The notes under the pieces: model-generated
The model's database searches: none
Seen by the model: only the letters and a program-made list of their open reading frames with translations
What the model was told of the DNA's origin: nothing
Translations under genes and position numbers: made by a program
Shown here: piece by piece, positions 41,206-51,942 of the stretch
Numbering within the stretch: the stretch's first letter is position 1
Layout of the letters: every line of letters starts with the position of its first letter
Origin: Planctomycetales bacterium
GTDB taxonomy: Bacteria; Planctomycetota; Planctomycetia; Planctomycetales; Planctomycetaceae
DNA length: 64,000 nt
Direction: 5' to 3'
Assembly: GCA_044359065.1 (NCBI GenBank)
Contig: JBIKMW010000001.1
Coordinates: 133,802-197,801 of the forward strand

Positions 41206-42258
41206 ATGCAAATGCCCACCTCATACGACGAGGACATTCTTAATGTCGAAGGCTGTTCCGACGCGGTTACGGCTCCGACACGGACGAAGGTCTATTCGAT
41301 CGTCTACCCGCCGGTCGGATTCTTCCCTTTCGCCGGAACTGGAAACGGTGACTACCACGGGTTCTACTGGCCGCTTGGTCGCGAAGACAGGCCACCGCTG
41401 GTTGCGTACAGCAGTCATGACGCATACGCACTGATCCCCGAACATGGCGATTTGTCCGCTGCAGGACGTTGCCAACTCGCACGCGACGCAGACCGCCAAC
41501 TTACGTACGAATTCAAAGCCGCATTCGATGCCGCACAAATCCCACAACCAACAATTAGTATTGATGCCGTTGTTGCGGTCGACGATCACACGAGCCTTTT
41601 GACCCTCGACCCCGACTCTCCATTCCGAAACTGTGCCGTTGCCGATCAACTCGTTTCTGAGAACAAGTTTGACGACGCGGAATCACATTACCGAAAAGCC
41701 ATCGAGTTTCTCCCTGAGTATGGGGCAGCGCACTTTGGACTCGGCTATTTGCTCCGGCGTACTCGGCGGCAATCGCTGGCATCTGTCCACCTGCGACAGG
41801 GACTAATGTGTTCGCACGTTTTTCGGGGTGGCTGCTTTTGGGCCGATCACATCCTGCCGGGGCCGTTTAGGTCTGATTGGCCTCGCAAAGCGCTTCTGTG
41901 GCTCCAGCAACTCAACGAGCCCGATGATTCGCTTCGCGATGATCCGTTCATGCGAAATGTGAAAGAAATGGCCCTGAGTTCTGGTATCGCGGAGATCTGC
42001 AACGTTGAATTGTCAATCGCAATGGTTGACGAGTATTGCCGCCGCGGAAGTTTCCTTGATGCGGTATACATCTGGATCACTTTCGGCGAATGTGCGTCCC
42101 TTGAAACAACGTCCTTTCGCGAACGTCATGGAATCACCGCACGTTCGTTCGGCAAACGCTTGGCAGTTTTGTTTCGTGACGCTGGCATAGGACGCCGCGC
42201 AGATCTTGTCGAGAATATGATCTCGATGATGGAGAAACCTGAGGGGCGCCACCTTTAG
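41206..42258 (+). CDS. Orphan protein in an AT-richer patch: SUKH (SMI1/KNR4)-like N-terminal motif plus TPR-like region
   Basis: FFPFAGTGNGDYHGFYWPLGREDRPPLVAYSSHD resembles the SUKH core (ipFa-dG-GdyycfD...V--w-H-). ESHYRKAIEFLPEYGAAHFGLGYLLRR is TPR-like. Codon usage is AT-shifted. Confidence 0.45.
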   Translation: MQMPTSYDEDILNVEGCSDAVTAPTRTKVYSIVYPPVGFFPFAGTGNGDYHGFYWPLGREDRPPLVAYSSHDAYALIPEHGDLSAAGRCQLARDADRQLTYEFKAAFDAAQIPQPTISIDAVVAVDDHTSLLTLDPDSPFRNCAVADQLVSENKFDDAESHYRKAIEFLPEYGAAHFGLGYLLRRTRRQSLASVHLRQGLMCSHVFRGGCFWADHILPGPFRSDWPRKALLWLQQLNEPDDSLRDDPFMRNVKEMALSSGIAEICNVELSIAMVDEYCRRGSFLDAVYIWITFGECASLETTSFRERHGITARSFGKRLAVLFRDAGIGRRADLVENMISMMEKPEGRHL

Positions 42259-42329
42259 CAAGAAGCACGCAGAAAAGAGCATTGCAAGCAGAACCAGTGA
42301 TATCGCGATTTCTGAAGTGCGGTGTCGCC

Positions 42330-43569
42330 CTGGGGGGCCGGTTGAAAGCGGACGTACCGATTGATGACGTTCATCCGCGAGTGGTCCGGACCGTGTGTTG
42401 ATTGCCTGGAGTGTTTCAAAGAATAGGGATAACGGCGATCTGGGACATGAGAGTCGAGCCTTGAGCCGTGTTGTCGGGCCCTGCCCTGGCCAGAGCCTCT
42501 TGTGACCACGTCACCCAGACGGTTGAGGCAGCGGTTGGGCCACCCGCCAAGTGTCCGCAACCTCGTATTTGGGCGTCGCGGAATTCTTGCGACGCCCTTC
42601 AGATTCGGTTCCCCGACCCGTGAACGGCGGTTCCGCCGCCCGCGTTGCAAAACGCGGAGAGGCGGCGGAAGGCGGTCGCGGCGGCGCCCGCCCGGTTGCG
42701 GGAAGAGGCGGAGTGGGCGGGGACGAAGCTTCCCGCGCGGGTCCCGGCGACGGACGTGGATGCGCGGGTGATGAAGAACAAGGAAGGGGGCTTCGCGCCG
42801 ATTGTTACGCCGGTGAACCTGGTCGACGCGGCCAGCGGGATGATCGTGGCGACGGAGGTCCTGACGGATGGACTGAACGGAACGGGAGCGAACCTGAAGG
42901 GGTGCGAAGAGCGGGAAATCACGCTGTATTCGCCGGTGTCGGGGGTGGGGACCCACGAGTCGGCGAAGCGCGACGCCCCCTGGCAACCGGTGGCGGCGGA
43001 GCGGCTCGACCAACTGCCGACCTACGTGGCGAACGGGGGACGGCTTCTCGATAACACGGCGTTCTTATACGTCGTGGAGACGAATGACAAAATGACAAAT
43101 GGTGTTCGGCCGGCCAGCGGCTGGCGCATACGGAATCGAGCGGGGGTCCGGGGTGTCGCGAAGGCGGGCGGTATGCGGCGGAGAAGACCGCGTGTGCGGC
43201 GTGCGCGTTGCGGAAACGCCGTTCGCGGCGATCAAGGAAGGCCGGGCGGGGCGGCGGTTCCTGCGGCGCGGGTTGGACGGCGTGACGGTCGAGTGGGACC
43301 GGATCGCGCTGACGTACAACGTCGGCCGGTTGCTGGCGTGGGCGAGACACGAAGCGCAGCGATCCGGGGCGTCCTTCATGAACCTGTTGCAGCCCTCAAG
43401 CACGCCCCTGTGGGCGCTGGCGGCAGGAGAGCTCGCGATGACGAACGACAGACGGGCGATGGGGCCGCCGTGACCGGCGAGCGACCCGCCAGCGGCGGCG
43501 GGTCGAAACCCCTGATCCCGGCCGCGCGACCCGGCGCGACCACAAGACAATCCGGCCAGACTCCCCCGG
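42330..43569 (+). mobile_element. IS1182-like (IS4/IS5 superfamily) element, heavily frameshifted and internally deleted
   Basis: In three different frames: ADVPIDDVHPRVV (N-terminal LP-DHP-R motif), PATDVDARVMKNKEGGFAPIVTPVNLVDAASGMIVATEVL (TDPDAR-MK---GGF core) and FAAIKEGRAGRRFLRRGLDGVTVEWDRIALTYNVGRLL (C-terminal FLLRGL-KV--EW motif). The right end is defined by comparison with the copy at 58484. Confidence 0.55.
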
Positions 43570-43611
43570 CTCTTGCCCACTCCGCGCCACGGTATCCATA
43601 CGACGAACACT

Positions 43612-44301
43612 TCAGTGCACCGGCATCCCCCAGCGGCGCATCAGGTTGTGGGCGATTCCCAAGTGATCGCAGATCCGCCCCACCACGAAGTCCACCAGAT
43701 CGTGGATCGACTTGGGCTCGTGATAAAAGCCAGGCATCGCGGGCAGAATCGTCCCTCCGGCGTCGACGATCCGCTTCATATTGTCGAGCTGGATCGACCC
43801 GAGCGGCGTCTCGCGTGGCACGAGGATCAGCTTGCGGCGTTCTTTCAGATGCACGTCCGCGGCGCGATGAATCAGGTTTTGCGACAACCCGTGCGCGATC
43901 GCCGCCAGCGTTCCCATCGAGCAGGGACAGACGACCATCCCGCCGGTCTGAAACGACCCGCTGGCGATCCCGGCCCGGAAATCCGAATGGTGGTGATAAC
44001 TCACCACGCCCCGCGTCGTCTCCGAGAGGATCGAGCTGTGATCGAAGGTGAACCCCGGCGCGGCGGACCGGAGCGATCGGAGGGCGCTGTCTTCCGCCAG
44101 TTGACTGTCGGCCGGTAGCAGATGCGACAACTCGAACCGGTCGAGCGACACCTCGAGGCCCAGTTCCTTGCGAAGTACCAGCACCGCCGACGGGCTGATC
44201 GTGAGCTGCACGTTCCGCCCCGCCGCCAGCAGCACTTCCAGCAGCCGGACCGAGTAGATCGCGCCGCTCGCACCGGTGATTGCCAACACCAAATCGGACA
44301 T
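43612..44301 (-). CDS. ubiX: Flavin prenyltransferase UbiX
   Basis: LAITGASGAIYSVRLLEVL, SGSFQTGGMVVCPCSMGTLAAIAHG, RAADVHLKERRKLILVPRETP, PAMPGFYHEPKS. It carries a roughly 40-aa insertion relative to my recollection of E. coli UbiX. Confidence 0.85.
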   Translation of the reverse strand: MSDLVLAITGASGAIYSVRLLEVLLAAGRNVQLTISPSAVLVLRKELGLEVSLDRFELSHLLPADSQLAEDSALRSLRSAAPGFTFDHSSILSETTRGVVSYHHHSDFRAGIASGSFQTGGMVVCPCSMGTLAAIAHGLSQNLIHRAADVHLKERRKLILVPRETPLGSIQLDNMKRIVDAGGTILPAMPGFYHEPKSIHDLVDFVVGRICDHLGIAHNLMRRWGMPVH

Positions 44302-44545
44302 TCCGTCCCGCCCGTCTCGAAGGAAGATCGGTGGCCGCCCATGACTCCGAGCAGCGCGCACCGATAGTGTAGCCGCGCGTCTCGGCCCGCGTGAGTTCGT
44401 AAGGAATGTCGCGCGTGCGTGGTCTTCGCTGGAGTATTCCGGCAAGGTCGGACCGTGCCGCGAGCGCGTCGGTTTTCCACCGCACGTGAACACGTCCGCC
44501 ACCGTGGCACCCGGTTCGGCCACGACTCTCCGGCGAAACCCGCGC

Positions 44546-44764
44546 TCAGAGTTTGCTGTTGCCGATCGGCCCCAGCGCGCGGATCTCGGTGATCTCCGCC
44601 CGCCGGCCGGCGATCGAATAGCGGTGCTCAACCTCCCGCTGCAATTGGCCGAGATCGACACCGTCCGTCAGGAACACGGCCTGTTTGTTCTCGCGGAACT
44701 TCACGTCGTCGGAACCGACGACCAGATTGACCATCCATGCGTAGACTTCGGAGGCTTTGCCCAT
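44546..44764 (-). CDS. 72-aa hypothetical protein, last ORF of the chemosensory gene string
   Basis: ATG at 44764, 75 nt after the CheW-like gene. Balanced composition (VYAWMVNLVVGSDDVKFRENKQAVFLTDG). No family was recognised. Confidence 0.4.
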   Translation of the reverse strand: MGKASEVYAWMVNLVVGSDDVKFRENKQAVFLTDGVDLGQLQREVEHRYSIAGRRAEITEIRALGPIGNSKL

Positions 44765-44839
44765 GACGAGTTCTCCCGAAAAGGTGTGGGTGGTGATGCA
44801 GGACTGCTGTTGCGGGTGTGCCCCGATGGCGGGACGGGT

Positions 44840-46024
44840 TTACGGAGTCGATCTGTTGTTCGAGGGTTCGTTGGTCGCGTGGTCGTTGCTCAGGTGCTCG
44901 TTACTCATGTGGTCGTTGGCGGCGGCATCGAGCAGCAGCTTGGCGAACAATCGTTCCCAGGCGGGGAGCATCAGCCACTCCCTATCGCGTCGGAACGACC
45001 CCCACAGCAGGTGGGCGGAGCGCGAGAACCGAGTGGACTCGGGTTCGTAGCCGACCGGTTCCAACAAGCGGCGCGGTGCCGAATGCATGGAAACCGCCAG
45101 CCATTTGGCGGACACCTCCGTCTCCACGACCGCGGCGATTTGCCGCGACTTCGGTGCCTCCGCATTGGTCGCTCGCGTTTCGGCGATCTCGGCGAACACG
45201 ACTTCCAGGTCGACCACCGGCAGGAGCACTCCGCGCCACGGCAGCAGCCCCGAGACACCGTTCGCGATCTGTGAGATCGGCACGATCATCGGGTCGTTCA
45301 GGACTTCCAGGACAAACGGAGTCGCGGCTCCCACCCAAATCCAGGGCGCGGCTGACGGCCACACCAACAGTCCGGCGGCGGATTCACGGGGCGTCGCAAC
45401 CGAGGCCCTCGATGTCGCCAATGTCGTCGCGTCAGCCCCAGTCGAGCTCGGGACGGACCTTGGGGGTGTGGAAACGTCGAGGGTTGTGCGAAGTTCGGGC
45501 ACAAGCGTGCTCGACGACGCGCCACGAAGCCCGCCATCCTGGCCCGCTTCCGATACCGAGTCCAGTTCGTGAATGGCGACCCATTCGGGAGCCAGTCCCC
45601 CCAGTCGGTCGTTCGCACGCCAGGTGCGCAGAATGTCGTCCCCTCGAACCGCCGTGACACGATCCGCGGCGACGACCGAGGTCTGGTGACTCGACTCCAC
45701 GATCAATGCGACACCAGGCGGCTCTCCAACATGCCCAGCCGCCGAGCGCGGAGCCTCGCGGACCGGGAATGTGCGTCCTCCGTACTCGGCACGCGATGTT
45801 TCGCCGAACTCCGTCGGCCAGCTCCAGTGGACTTCTTGTCCCCCCACAACAGCTCGAACGGACGCGGCGGAGACCAGAAACGAAAACTCCTTGTGTCGAC
45901 ACAGAACGTGCGACATCCCGACACGTCCACCGGGCGCACCGTCGCCGAAGACGTTAGCGCGACGCGAACCGGGGCCAGAGTGGACGCGGTCATCGCGTGC
46001 GGAGTGGCGGAGTGTGACCGTCAT
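44840..46024 (-). CDS. Protein with two degenerate CheW-like domains and an N/H/S-rich tail
   Basis: The ATG at 46024 overlaps the CheA stop (ATGA). Domain 2 is clear: VLEVLNDPMIVPISQIANGVSGLLPWRGVLLPVVDLEVVF. Domain 1 is weaker: FSFLVSAASVRAVV...YGGRTFPV...VALIVES. The tail is NDHMSNEHLSNDHATNEPSNN. Confidence 0.6.
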   Translation of the reverse strand: MTVTLRHSARDDRVHSGPGSRRANVFGDGAPGGRVGMSHVLCRHKEFSFLVSAASVRAVVGGQEVHWSWPTEFGETSRAEYGGRTFPVREAPRSAAGHVGEPPGVALIVESSHQTSVVAADRVTAVRGDDILRTWRANDRLGGLAPEWVAIHELDSVSEAGQDGGLRGASSSTLVPELRTTLDVSTPPRSVPSSTGADATTLATSRASVATPRESAAGLLVWPSAAPWIWVGAATPFVLEVLNDPMIVPISQIANGVSGLLPWRGVLLPVVDLEVVFAEIAETRATNAEAPKSRQIAAVVETEVSAKWLAVSMHSAPRRLLEPVGYEPESTRFSRSAHLLWGSFRRDREWLMLPAWERLFAKLLLDAAANDHMSNEHLSNDHATNEPSNNRSTP

Positions 46025-49000
46025 CGGACCGCCCCCGCACCAGTGCGCGGACGCGATTCCCCGACGGAAACGGTCGATCCCTTGGCCAGCGCGTCGCGCA
46101 GCGCGGTCAGCAAGTCTTCGTCGCGCCATGGCTTCACGAGGTAACCCGCCGCCCCCAGCTCGAAGGCCCTTCGGCGATGTTTTTCCCCGGAGCGCGAGGT
46201 CAGCATAATCACCGGAATCGACGCGAGGCGCGGATCCTTCGCCAACTCGGCGAGGGTTCCAAAACCGTCCATCCGCGGCATTTCCACGTCGAGGAAGATC
46301 GCGTCGGGAAGACGCGTCGCAGCGTGCAATCGCTCAAGCAGTTGTAGACCGTCTCCGGCTTGCAAGGACCGCCAGCGGCGCCCCTCAAGGAATCGTGCCA
46401 ACACGTGCCGCACGCTCACCGAGTCGTCCGCCATCGCGACGAGCAACGGCGATGGCTCCGAGGGGCGACCGGCACCACGGCCCGTTCGAGTCGCCACGGG
46501 CCGAATGCCACCCCGCTCCGAGCCGCGTCCCGCTTCGCCCCCGAGCAGCGCCGCCGGATTGAGAATCGGCACCGGAGTGCCATCCCCCAACAACGTCATT
46601 CCCGACAGCCCTGGAAGCTGCTTGATATGCGAACCCAGGGACTTAACGACCACCTCGCGCGTGGTCGCCAGACGATCGATCAATAGCGCGTGATCGCGAC
46701 CGTTGACAGACATCACGACGACCGGACCCGCGAGGGACTCCCCCTCGTTGCCGCCGTCTTCCCTGTCCGAGGCGATCCCCAGCAGATCGGCCAGCCGAGA
46801 CACCGGAACGCGCGTCGACTCCGAATGGGCCGAGTGAGCGCCCCGTCGAGCATTCGTCGCCGAACGGGCGCCGTGCCGGGCCGGGGTGGCGAGTCGCAAA
46901 TGTCGCGTCCCGGCAATCGTTTCAAAGTCCTCGGCTTCCGCGCGGACAATCCGTTTCAAGGTCGCGATCGGCAGCGCGAACGTGCGTTCGCACGTCGTGA
47001 CAAACAGCACACGCGTCGTGGCGACCGTCAACGGCATGAGAAGTTCGACCGCGGTCCCCGTTCCCGGGCTCGATTCGACCGTCACCGTCCCCTGTCGTTC
47101 GACGAGTGCGGCTCGCACAACATCGAGTCCGACCCCGCGCCCGGAGAACTTCGTCACGCGTTCTGCCGTGGAAAGCCCCGGCTCGAACACCAACTCGTCA
47201 ATCCGCTCTGGCGACATCCGCCGCGACTCGTCGAGCGGGACAATGCCGCGACGCACCGCTTGATCGAGCACCCGAGCGCGGTCGAGGCCCCGGCCGTCGT
47301 CGCGAACCACGACCCGCACCCGCGATCCGATCGTTTCCACCGAGAGAGTGACGGTTCCGGCGGCGACTTTTCCGGCGGACTTTCGTTCCTCGGGGGTTTC
47401 GATCCCATGGTCTACCGCGTTGCGCACCAAATGCAGCAGCGAATCCGACAGGGCCGCCAGAAGCTCGGCGTCGAGCTGGACGTTGCCCCCTTCCAGCACG
47501 CACACGACTTCCTTGCGCTGCTCCACGGCGATTCTGCGGGCGGCGCTTTCCAGTCGCGGAAACAGCGTGTGCACCGGTCGCGTCCGCAGTCGCACGAGCG
47601 TCGCGTTTCCCGACTTCGCCATGCGTGTTTGCGCTTGTAGTACCCCTTGCAGGTCTCCGGCGATCCGGCGAACCTCTGCCGCCAGGCGGGCCACATCGGC
47701 AGTCGACTCGGCCATGTCGCGAGCCAGAACGTGTTCGCTCCCATACTGATCGAATTCGAGCGGATCGAAGCCCTCGGGTGACCTCGCGGTCGCTACCTCG
47801 TCGTCCGTTGTTGGATGAGCCGAGCGTGCGACCCCCTCTGCGGCGATCGGCGACGAGGCTCCCGCACCGGAGTCCAGGCCTCGCGACACGACGCGCAGCC
47901 GGTCGAGGGCGCCGTCCAACACTCGCGACCACCGCGCAAGGTCGTCCAACTTCTGCTCGAACGCAGCGCGGTTGGTCAACCAGTCTCCTTGGAGACGCAA
48001 TAAATGATCGACATCCTTCACCCCCACGCGCAGTCGACCCGCCTCGATGGTTCGGCTCGGAGTTTCGGCGCCGCGGGGTGACGCACTCGGCGTCACGAAG
48101 TCTGATTCGACGGGAGCCGTCGGCGCGGACTCGCGAGGCGGCTCCGCGACGGGCGATGTGTGGGCGTCGAAGTCGGGAACCCGTTCCGAATCGAGACCGT
48201 CCGTCATCAGAGACTCGTCGATCGTCTTCCGAACGCTCTCCGCATTGCCGTTCCCGTTGGGTTCGTTGCCAGCGGCCTCGGGAGCTGGTCCAGTGATGGC
48301 TGCGTGTTCACGCAGGAAAGCGTCAACATCCGCGCGGAACTGCCGCATGGTCTCGGCGCGATGACTGTGTTCGGCGCGTTGTTCAGGTTCGGCGGCATGG
48401 CCGGCGGATTCGACGATCAAGTCCTGAAGCAGTTGGTTGCCCCGCCGCCAGAGGGGCAGCGCGGATGCGATATCGGCGTGAGTATGGTCCGCGTGATGAT
48501 CGAGCAGGTCTTCGAGCCGATGGGCAGCGAACGCCACGCGATTTCGACCGACCGCTCCGGCGGCCCCCTTCAGCGAATGCGCGGCTCGACGCGCCCTCGC
48601 CAGCGCTCCTCGGACGGCGACAGGATCGGCGGAACCAACCTCCGCGCACCGACGCAGCGCATCCTCCAATGCTTGCAAATGGTCGACCGCTTCTTCCGCA
48701 AACACCTCGGCAAGTTCGGTCGCCAAGCCCGAGTCGTCCCGCGGCAGGTCCTCGAAGACATCCGGTTGCGTAGCGTGGGTCGCATCCGACCTGCGCCCGA
48801 TCGCTTCGACGGAGACTTCCAGCAATTCCCGCGCTTGGACGGTGATCGCCTCGTTCTCCCCCCCGTCCCTCGCCACCGCTTCCACCTGGGCGGCGAACAA
48901 CGTCAGCAATTCTTCAAGACGTTTGTGTTCCGAGGGTTCGGGCGGACGGGACTCTCCGAGGTAGTGGCCCCACAACGCTTCCTGTGCGGACGCCATCTCG

Positions 49001-49194
49001 GACAACGCCGGCAATTCCAACAGTCCCGCCGTTCCCGCCAACGAATGAGATAGTCGGACCATCTCCTCCGCCCGCGCGGTCCCGCTTCCCCGGCTACCAG
49101 CCAGCCAACGCAGTTGCCGGCGCAGTGCGAAGATCGCCAGACGACATTCGTCGACGAATCCCGGCAGCAGTTCTTGGCGGGAAGGACGGGGCAT
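46021..49194 (-). CDS. Hybrid CheA/ChpA-like histidine kinase (2 Hpt, dimerisation, HATPase, CheW and REC domains)
   Basis: Hpt motifs SHSLAGTAG and AHSLKGAAGAVG. LLHLVRNAVDHGIE, DDGRGLD, SGRGVGLDVV. A CheW-like P5 domain. C-terminal REC: LVAMADDS...FLDVEMPRMDG...MLTSRS...GYLVKP. Confidence 0.9.
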   Translation of the reverse strand: MPRPSRQELLPGFVDECRLAIFALRRQLRWLAGSRGSGTARAEEMVRLSHSLAGTAGLLELPALSEMASAQEALWGHYLGESRPPEPSEHKRLEELLTLFAAQVEAVARDGGENEAITVQARELLEVSVEAIGRRSDATHATQPDVFEDLPRDDSGLATELAEVFAEEAVDHLQALEDALRRCAEVGSADPVAVRGALARARRAAHSLKGAAGAVGRNRVAFAAHRLEDLLDHHADHTHADIASALPLWRRGNQLLQDLIVESAGHAAEPEQRAEHSHRAETMRQFRADVDAFLREHAAITGPAPEAAGNEPNGNGNAESVRKTIDESLMTDGLDSERVPDFDAHTSPVAEPPRESAPTAPVESDFVTPSASPRGAETPSRTIEAGRLRVGVKDVDHLLRLQGDWLTNRAAFEQKLDDLARWSRVLDGALDRLRVVSRGLDSGAGASSPIAAEGVARSAHPTTDDEVATARSPEGFDPLEFDQYGSEHVLARDMAESTADVARLAAEVRRIAGDLQGVLQAQTRMAKSGNATLVRLRTRPVHTLFPRLESAARRIAVEQRKEVVCVLEGGNVQLDAELLAALSDSLLHLVRNAVDHGIETPEERKSAGKVAAGTVTLSVETIGSRVRVVVRDDGRGLDRARVLDQAVRRGIVPLDESRRMSPERIDELVFEPGLSTAERVTKFSGRGVGLDVVRAALVERQGTVTVESSPGTGTAVELLMPLTVATTRVLFVTTCERTFALPIATLKRIVRAEAEDFETIAGTRHLRLATPARHGARSATNARRGAHSAHSESTRVPVSRLADLLGIASDREDGGNEGESLAGPVVVMSVNGRDHALLIDRLATTREVVVKSLGSHIKQLPGLSGMTLLGDGTPVPILNPAALLGGEAGRGSERGGIRPVATRTGRGAGRPSEPSPLLVAMADDSVSVRHVLARFLEGRRWRSLQAGDGLQLLERLHAATRLPDAIFLDVEMPRMDGFGTLAELAKDPRLASIPVIMLTSRSGEKHRRRAFELGAAGYLVKPWRDEDLLTALRDALAKGSTVSVGESRPRTGAGAVR

Positions 49195-49251
49195 GGTGGA
49201 CTTCCGAAGATCGCCGTGGGCGTTGAGTGACGGTTCCAGCGCGGGGGCGAA

Positions 49252-51771
49252 TCAGTTGTTGATGGCGTTCTCGACCATGCGTCCCAGATCGGACGTCGCG
49301 TCTCCGCCCCGCTCGTTGATCGACGTGAGCCGGAACCGGCTGACCGAGCCGCGCAGGCCGTCGGCCAGTTCGGCAAGCCGTCCGATCGCCGCGGCCGCCT
49401 GTTTGGTCCCGTCGGAGGTGCGCGTGGTGACTTGCGAGATCCGTCCCATCGACTGCGCCACCGCTTCGGCCGAAGTGGCCTGCTGGCGCGTCGCGTCGGA
49501 GATCAACCGGATGCGCTGGGAGAGTTCGCGCGACACCGTATCGATCTGCGACAGCGTCTTTCCCGCCTCATCGGCGAGTTGGGTGCCCGAGACCACTTCG
49601 CGCGTGCTTTCCTCCATCGCGGCCATGGCTTCGCCGGTTTCGTTCTGCATCGACTTGATCATTCCGGAGATGCGTCGCGTGGCATCGTTGGCCCGCTCGG
49701 CGAGGCGTTCGATTTCCTCGGCGACCACAGCGAAGCCCTGACCGGCGTCCCCGGCCATGGCCGCTTGAATCGACGCGTTGAGGGCGAGAATGCTGGTGCG
49801 GTCGGCGATGTCACCGATGAGTTGCACGATTTCACCGACCTCCTGCGACGTTTCCCCCACGCGCTTGATCCGCTTGGATGTCTCCTGCACGCGGGCACGA
49901 ATGCGGTCCATCCCGTGCACGGTGTCCTGCACGACTTTCGCGCCGCGGCTGGCCGTCTCGCGGGCGGTTTCCGCGACCTGCGCGGACGCGTGCGTGTTCT
50001 CGGACACCGTTTGAATCGCCTGGGCCATTTCGCCGATGGCGTCGCTCGTGGCGAGGATTTGCTCCGCCTGAGTGACGCTGCCCGACGACAGCTCCTCGGC
50101 AGTCGTGCGGATTTCTCCGGCGGAACTGCTCACCTGGACCGTCGCGTCCTTCACGTTGCGAACGATGTCGCGCAATTGTCCGACCATCTCGTTGATCGAC
50201 AGGGCGATGTCCCCCGTCACACCATCGCTGCCGGGCGCGCGAACGGTGAGGTCTCCCGTCGCAATTCGCGCCACTTCCGTTTTCAGTCGTTCGACGGCCC
50301 GCTCCAGACGTTCCCGCTCGTCATGCGATTGGACAAGAGAGAGCGTGTTGTCAGCCATCGAGTTGAGCGACTGGGCCACGTGCCCCAACTCGTCGCGGGT
50401 CAACACTTCGGCCCGCGCGTCGAACATCCCCACGCCAACGCGGGCCAACATGTCGGAGATCGCATCCGCTTGCCGCGTGAAGCTCCGAGCGAACACCAAC
50501 GCCGCCGCGATCACCAGCAGCACCGTTCCCGCCACGATCCATGCCGCGAAGGTGAACATCCGGTCGACCGGCAAACGGACTTCTGCGAGGTCCACGTCCG
50601 TGAGCAGTGCCCACGTCAGTCCTTCGGTTCCCTTGCCTCCCAGCAACACGACCGGCGTCCAGGCGGAAAGCACCGGACGCCCTCGATAATTGACCGCTTC
50701 GCCTGTTCCGGAAACCCCGCCGAGCGCCGACCGGACTCGGTCGGTCGCGGGGGCGACTCCGGCGGCAACAGCCGCTTCAGGGAAACGGAGTTGACTGCGG
50801 AAGCGGTGGTCCGGACCGACCAGATACGTCTCGCCCGTTGTTCCCAATCCCGTGCGGTCCGCCAGTTGGGCGTTGACCCGGTCGATCGACATCCGCAACA
50901 TCGCGACGCCTACCACCGCTCCGTCGCGCACCAGTGGGGTCGCGAGGAATCCCGCCATCCGACCCTGCGCGGGCAGGTAAGTCTCGAAGTCGGAGACGAT
51001 CGTCCCTGTTTTGGTCCTGGAATTGATCGTGCGTTCGACCAGTTTGCCTGGAGCACCCGGCGCGAACGGCCCCGTCTTGAGATTGGTGGCGAAGTCCGGA
51101 GCCTTGGCCCCCGAATAGACGACGTTCCCCTCGGGGTCGATCAGCAACACATCGTCAAACGCGAAGGTTTGCAGGAAGTCCCGGAACAGCGGGTGGTACT
51201 TGGCATGGGCTGTGCTCCACGCGGACTTGTCCTCGGCGGCGTCGAGATGGTGTTTGAGTGCGACGGGGTGCGGATTACGGGCCAGGTACAGGCCTTGCAG
51301 CCGCACGGTCTCCGGCGCGAAATCGTCGACCTTCGAGACTCCCGCCGTTTTGGCGTCTACGCCCGCGTCGTGGAGGGCGGCCGCGAAGTCTTTCGCGTAC
51401 CAGGCGGACAGTTCGCCGCGCAACGACTCCAACTCGGCATTCGACGGTTCGGCGGCGAGTTCGCGATATCCCGCGCCGAAGTCCCGCATCGCTGACGCGA
51501 CCGCCGGGTCCTCGGCGAACGACCGCAACTGATTTCGGGCCTGCGAGAACAGCGTCTCCAACTGCGTGGCCTTGATCCGTCCAACGGCCTGCAGCTTCGA
51601 CGCCGCCTCATCGACGAGCGCTCGTTGCGTCGCGAAGTAGGAAGCCACCCCCAGCCCCAACAGCGGTATCAACGACACCGCCAACAGACCGGCCAGCAGC
51701 TTGTACCGAATTCGCGTGGTCAACAGAGACAACGGCGAACGCTCCACAAACCAGGCAAGCAGTCGGGACAT
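49252..51771 (-). CDS. Methyl-accepting chemotaxis protein with a large periplasmic (double-Cache-like) sensor and HAMP
   Basis: Two TM segments flank a roughly 370-aa ectodomain. HAMP, then the conserved signalling hairpin [46 protein letters not shown]. Confidence 0.9.
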   Translation of the reverse strand: MSRLLAWFVERSPLSLLTTRIRYKLLAGLLAVSLIPLLGLGVASYFATQRALVDEAASKLQAVGRIKATQLETLFSQARNQLRSFAEDPAVASAMRDFGAGYRELAAEPSNAELESLRGELSAWYAKDFAAALHDAGVDAKTAGVSKVDDFAPETVRLQGLYLARNPHPVALKHHLDAAEDKSAWSTAHAKYHPLFRDFLQTFAFDDVLLIDPEGNVVYSGAKAPDFATNLKTGPFAPGAPGKLVERTINSRTKTGTIVSDFETYLPAQGRMAGFLATPLVRDGAVVGVAMLRMSIDRVNAQLADRTGLGTTGETYLVGPDHRFRSQLRFPEAAVAAGVAPATDRVRSALGGVSGTGEAVNYRGRPVLSAWTPVVLLGGKGTEGLTWALLTDVDLAEVRLPVDRMFTFAAWIVAGTVLLVIAAALVFARSFTRQADAISDMLARVGVGMFDARAEVLTRDELGHVAQSLNSMADNTLSLVQSHDERERLERAVERLKTEVARIATGDLTVRAPGSDGVTGDIALSINEMVGQLRDIVRNVKDATVQVSSSAGEIRTTAEELSSGSVTQAEQILATSDAIGEMAQAIQTVSENTHASAQVAETARETASRGAKVVQDTVHGMDRIRARVQETSKRIKRVGETSQEVGEIVQLIGDIADRTSILALNASIQAAMAGDAGQGFAVVAEEIERLAERANDATRRISGMIKSMQNETGEAMAAMEESTREVVSGTQLADEAGKTLSQIDTVSRELSQRIRLISDATRQQATSAEAVAQSMGRISQVTTRTSDGTKQAAAAIGRLAELADGLRGSVSRFRLTSINERGGDATSDLGRMVENAINN

Positions 51772-51942
51772 ATCCCACCTCCGTCAAATTCGCCCTCGAA
51801 GCGGGCCGAATGGCAACCCGCCACCCGAACCGCGTGAATTCCTCTCCATTCGCCGAATCGGAATTCGGCCGTTCTTCGAATCTCTCTCACAACTCTTCTC
51901 GGAGAAACGCCGGTCGAACCCCGTGCTCGCCCCCCCGTCGAT

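Noticed and set aside
42255-43013. 252-aa minus-strand ORF and other ORFs over the IS1182-like region
   Set aside because: It is extremely Arg/Pro/Gly-rich and antisense to the transposase-derived frames, so it is not protein-like.
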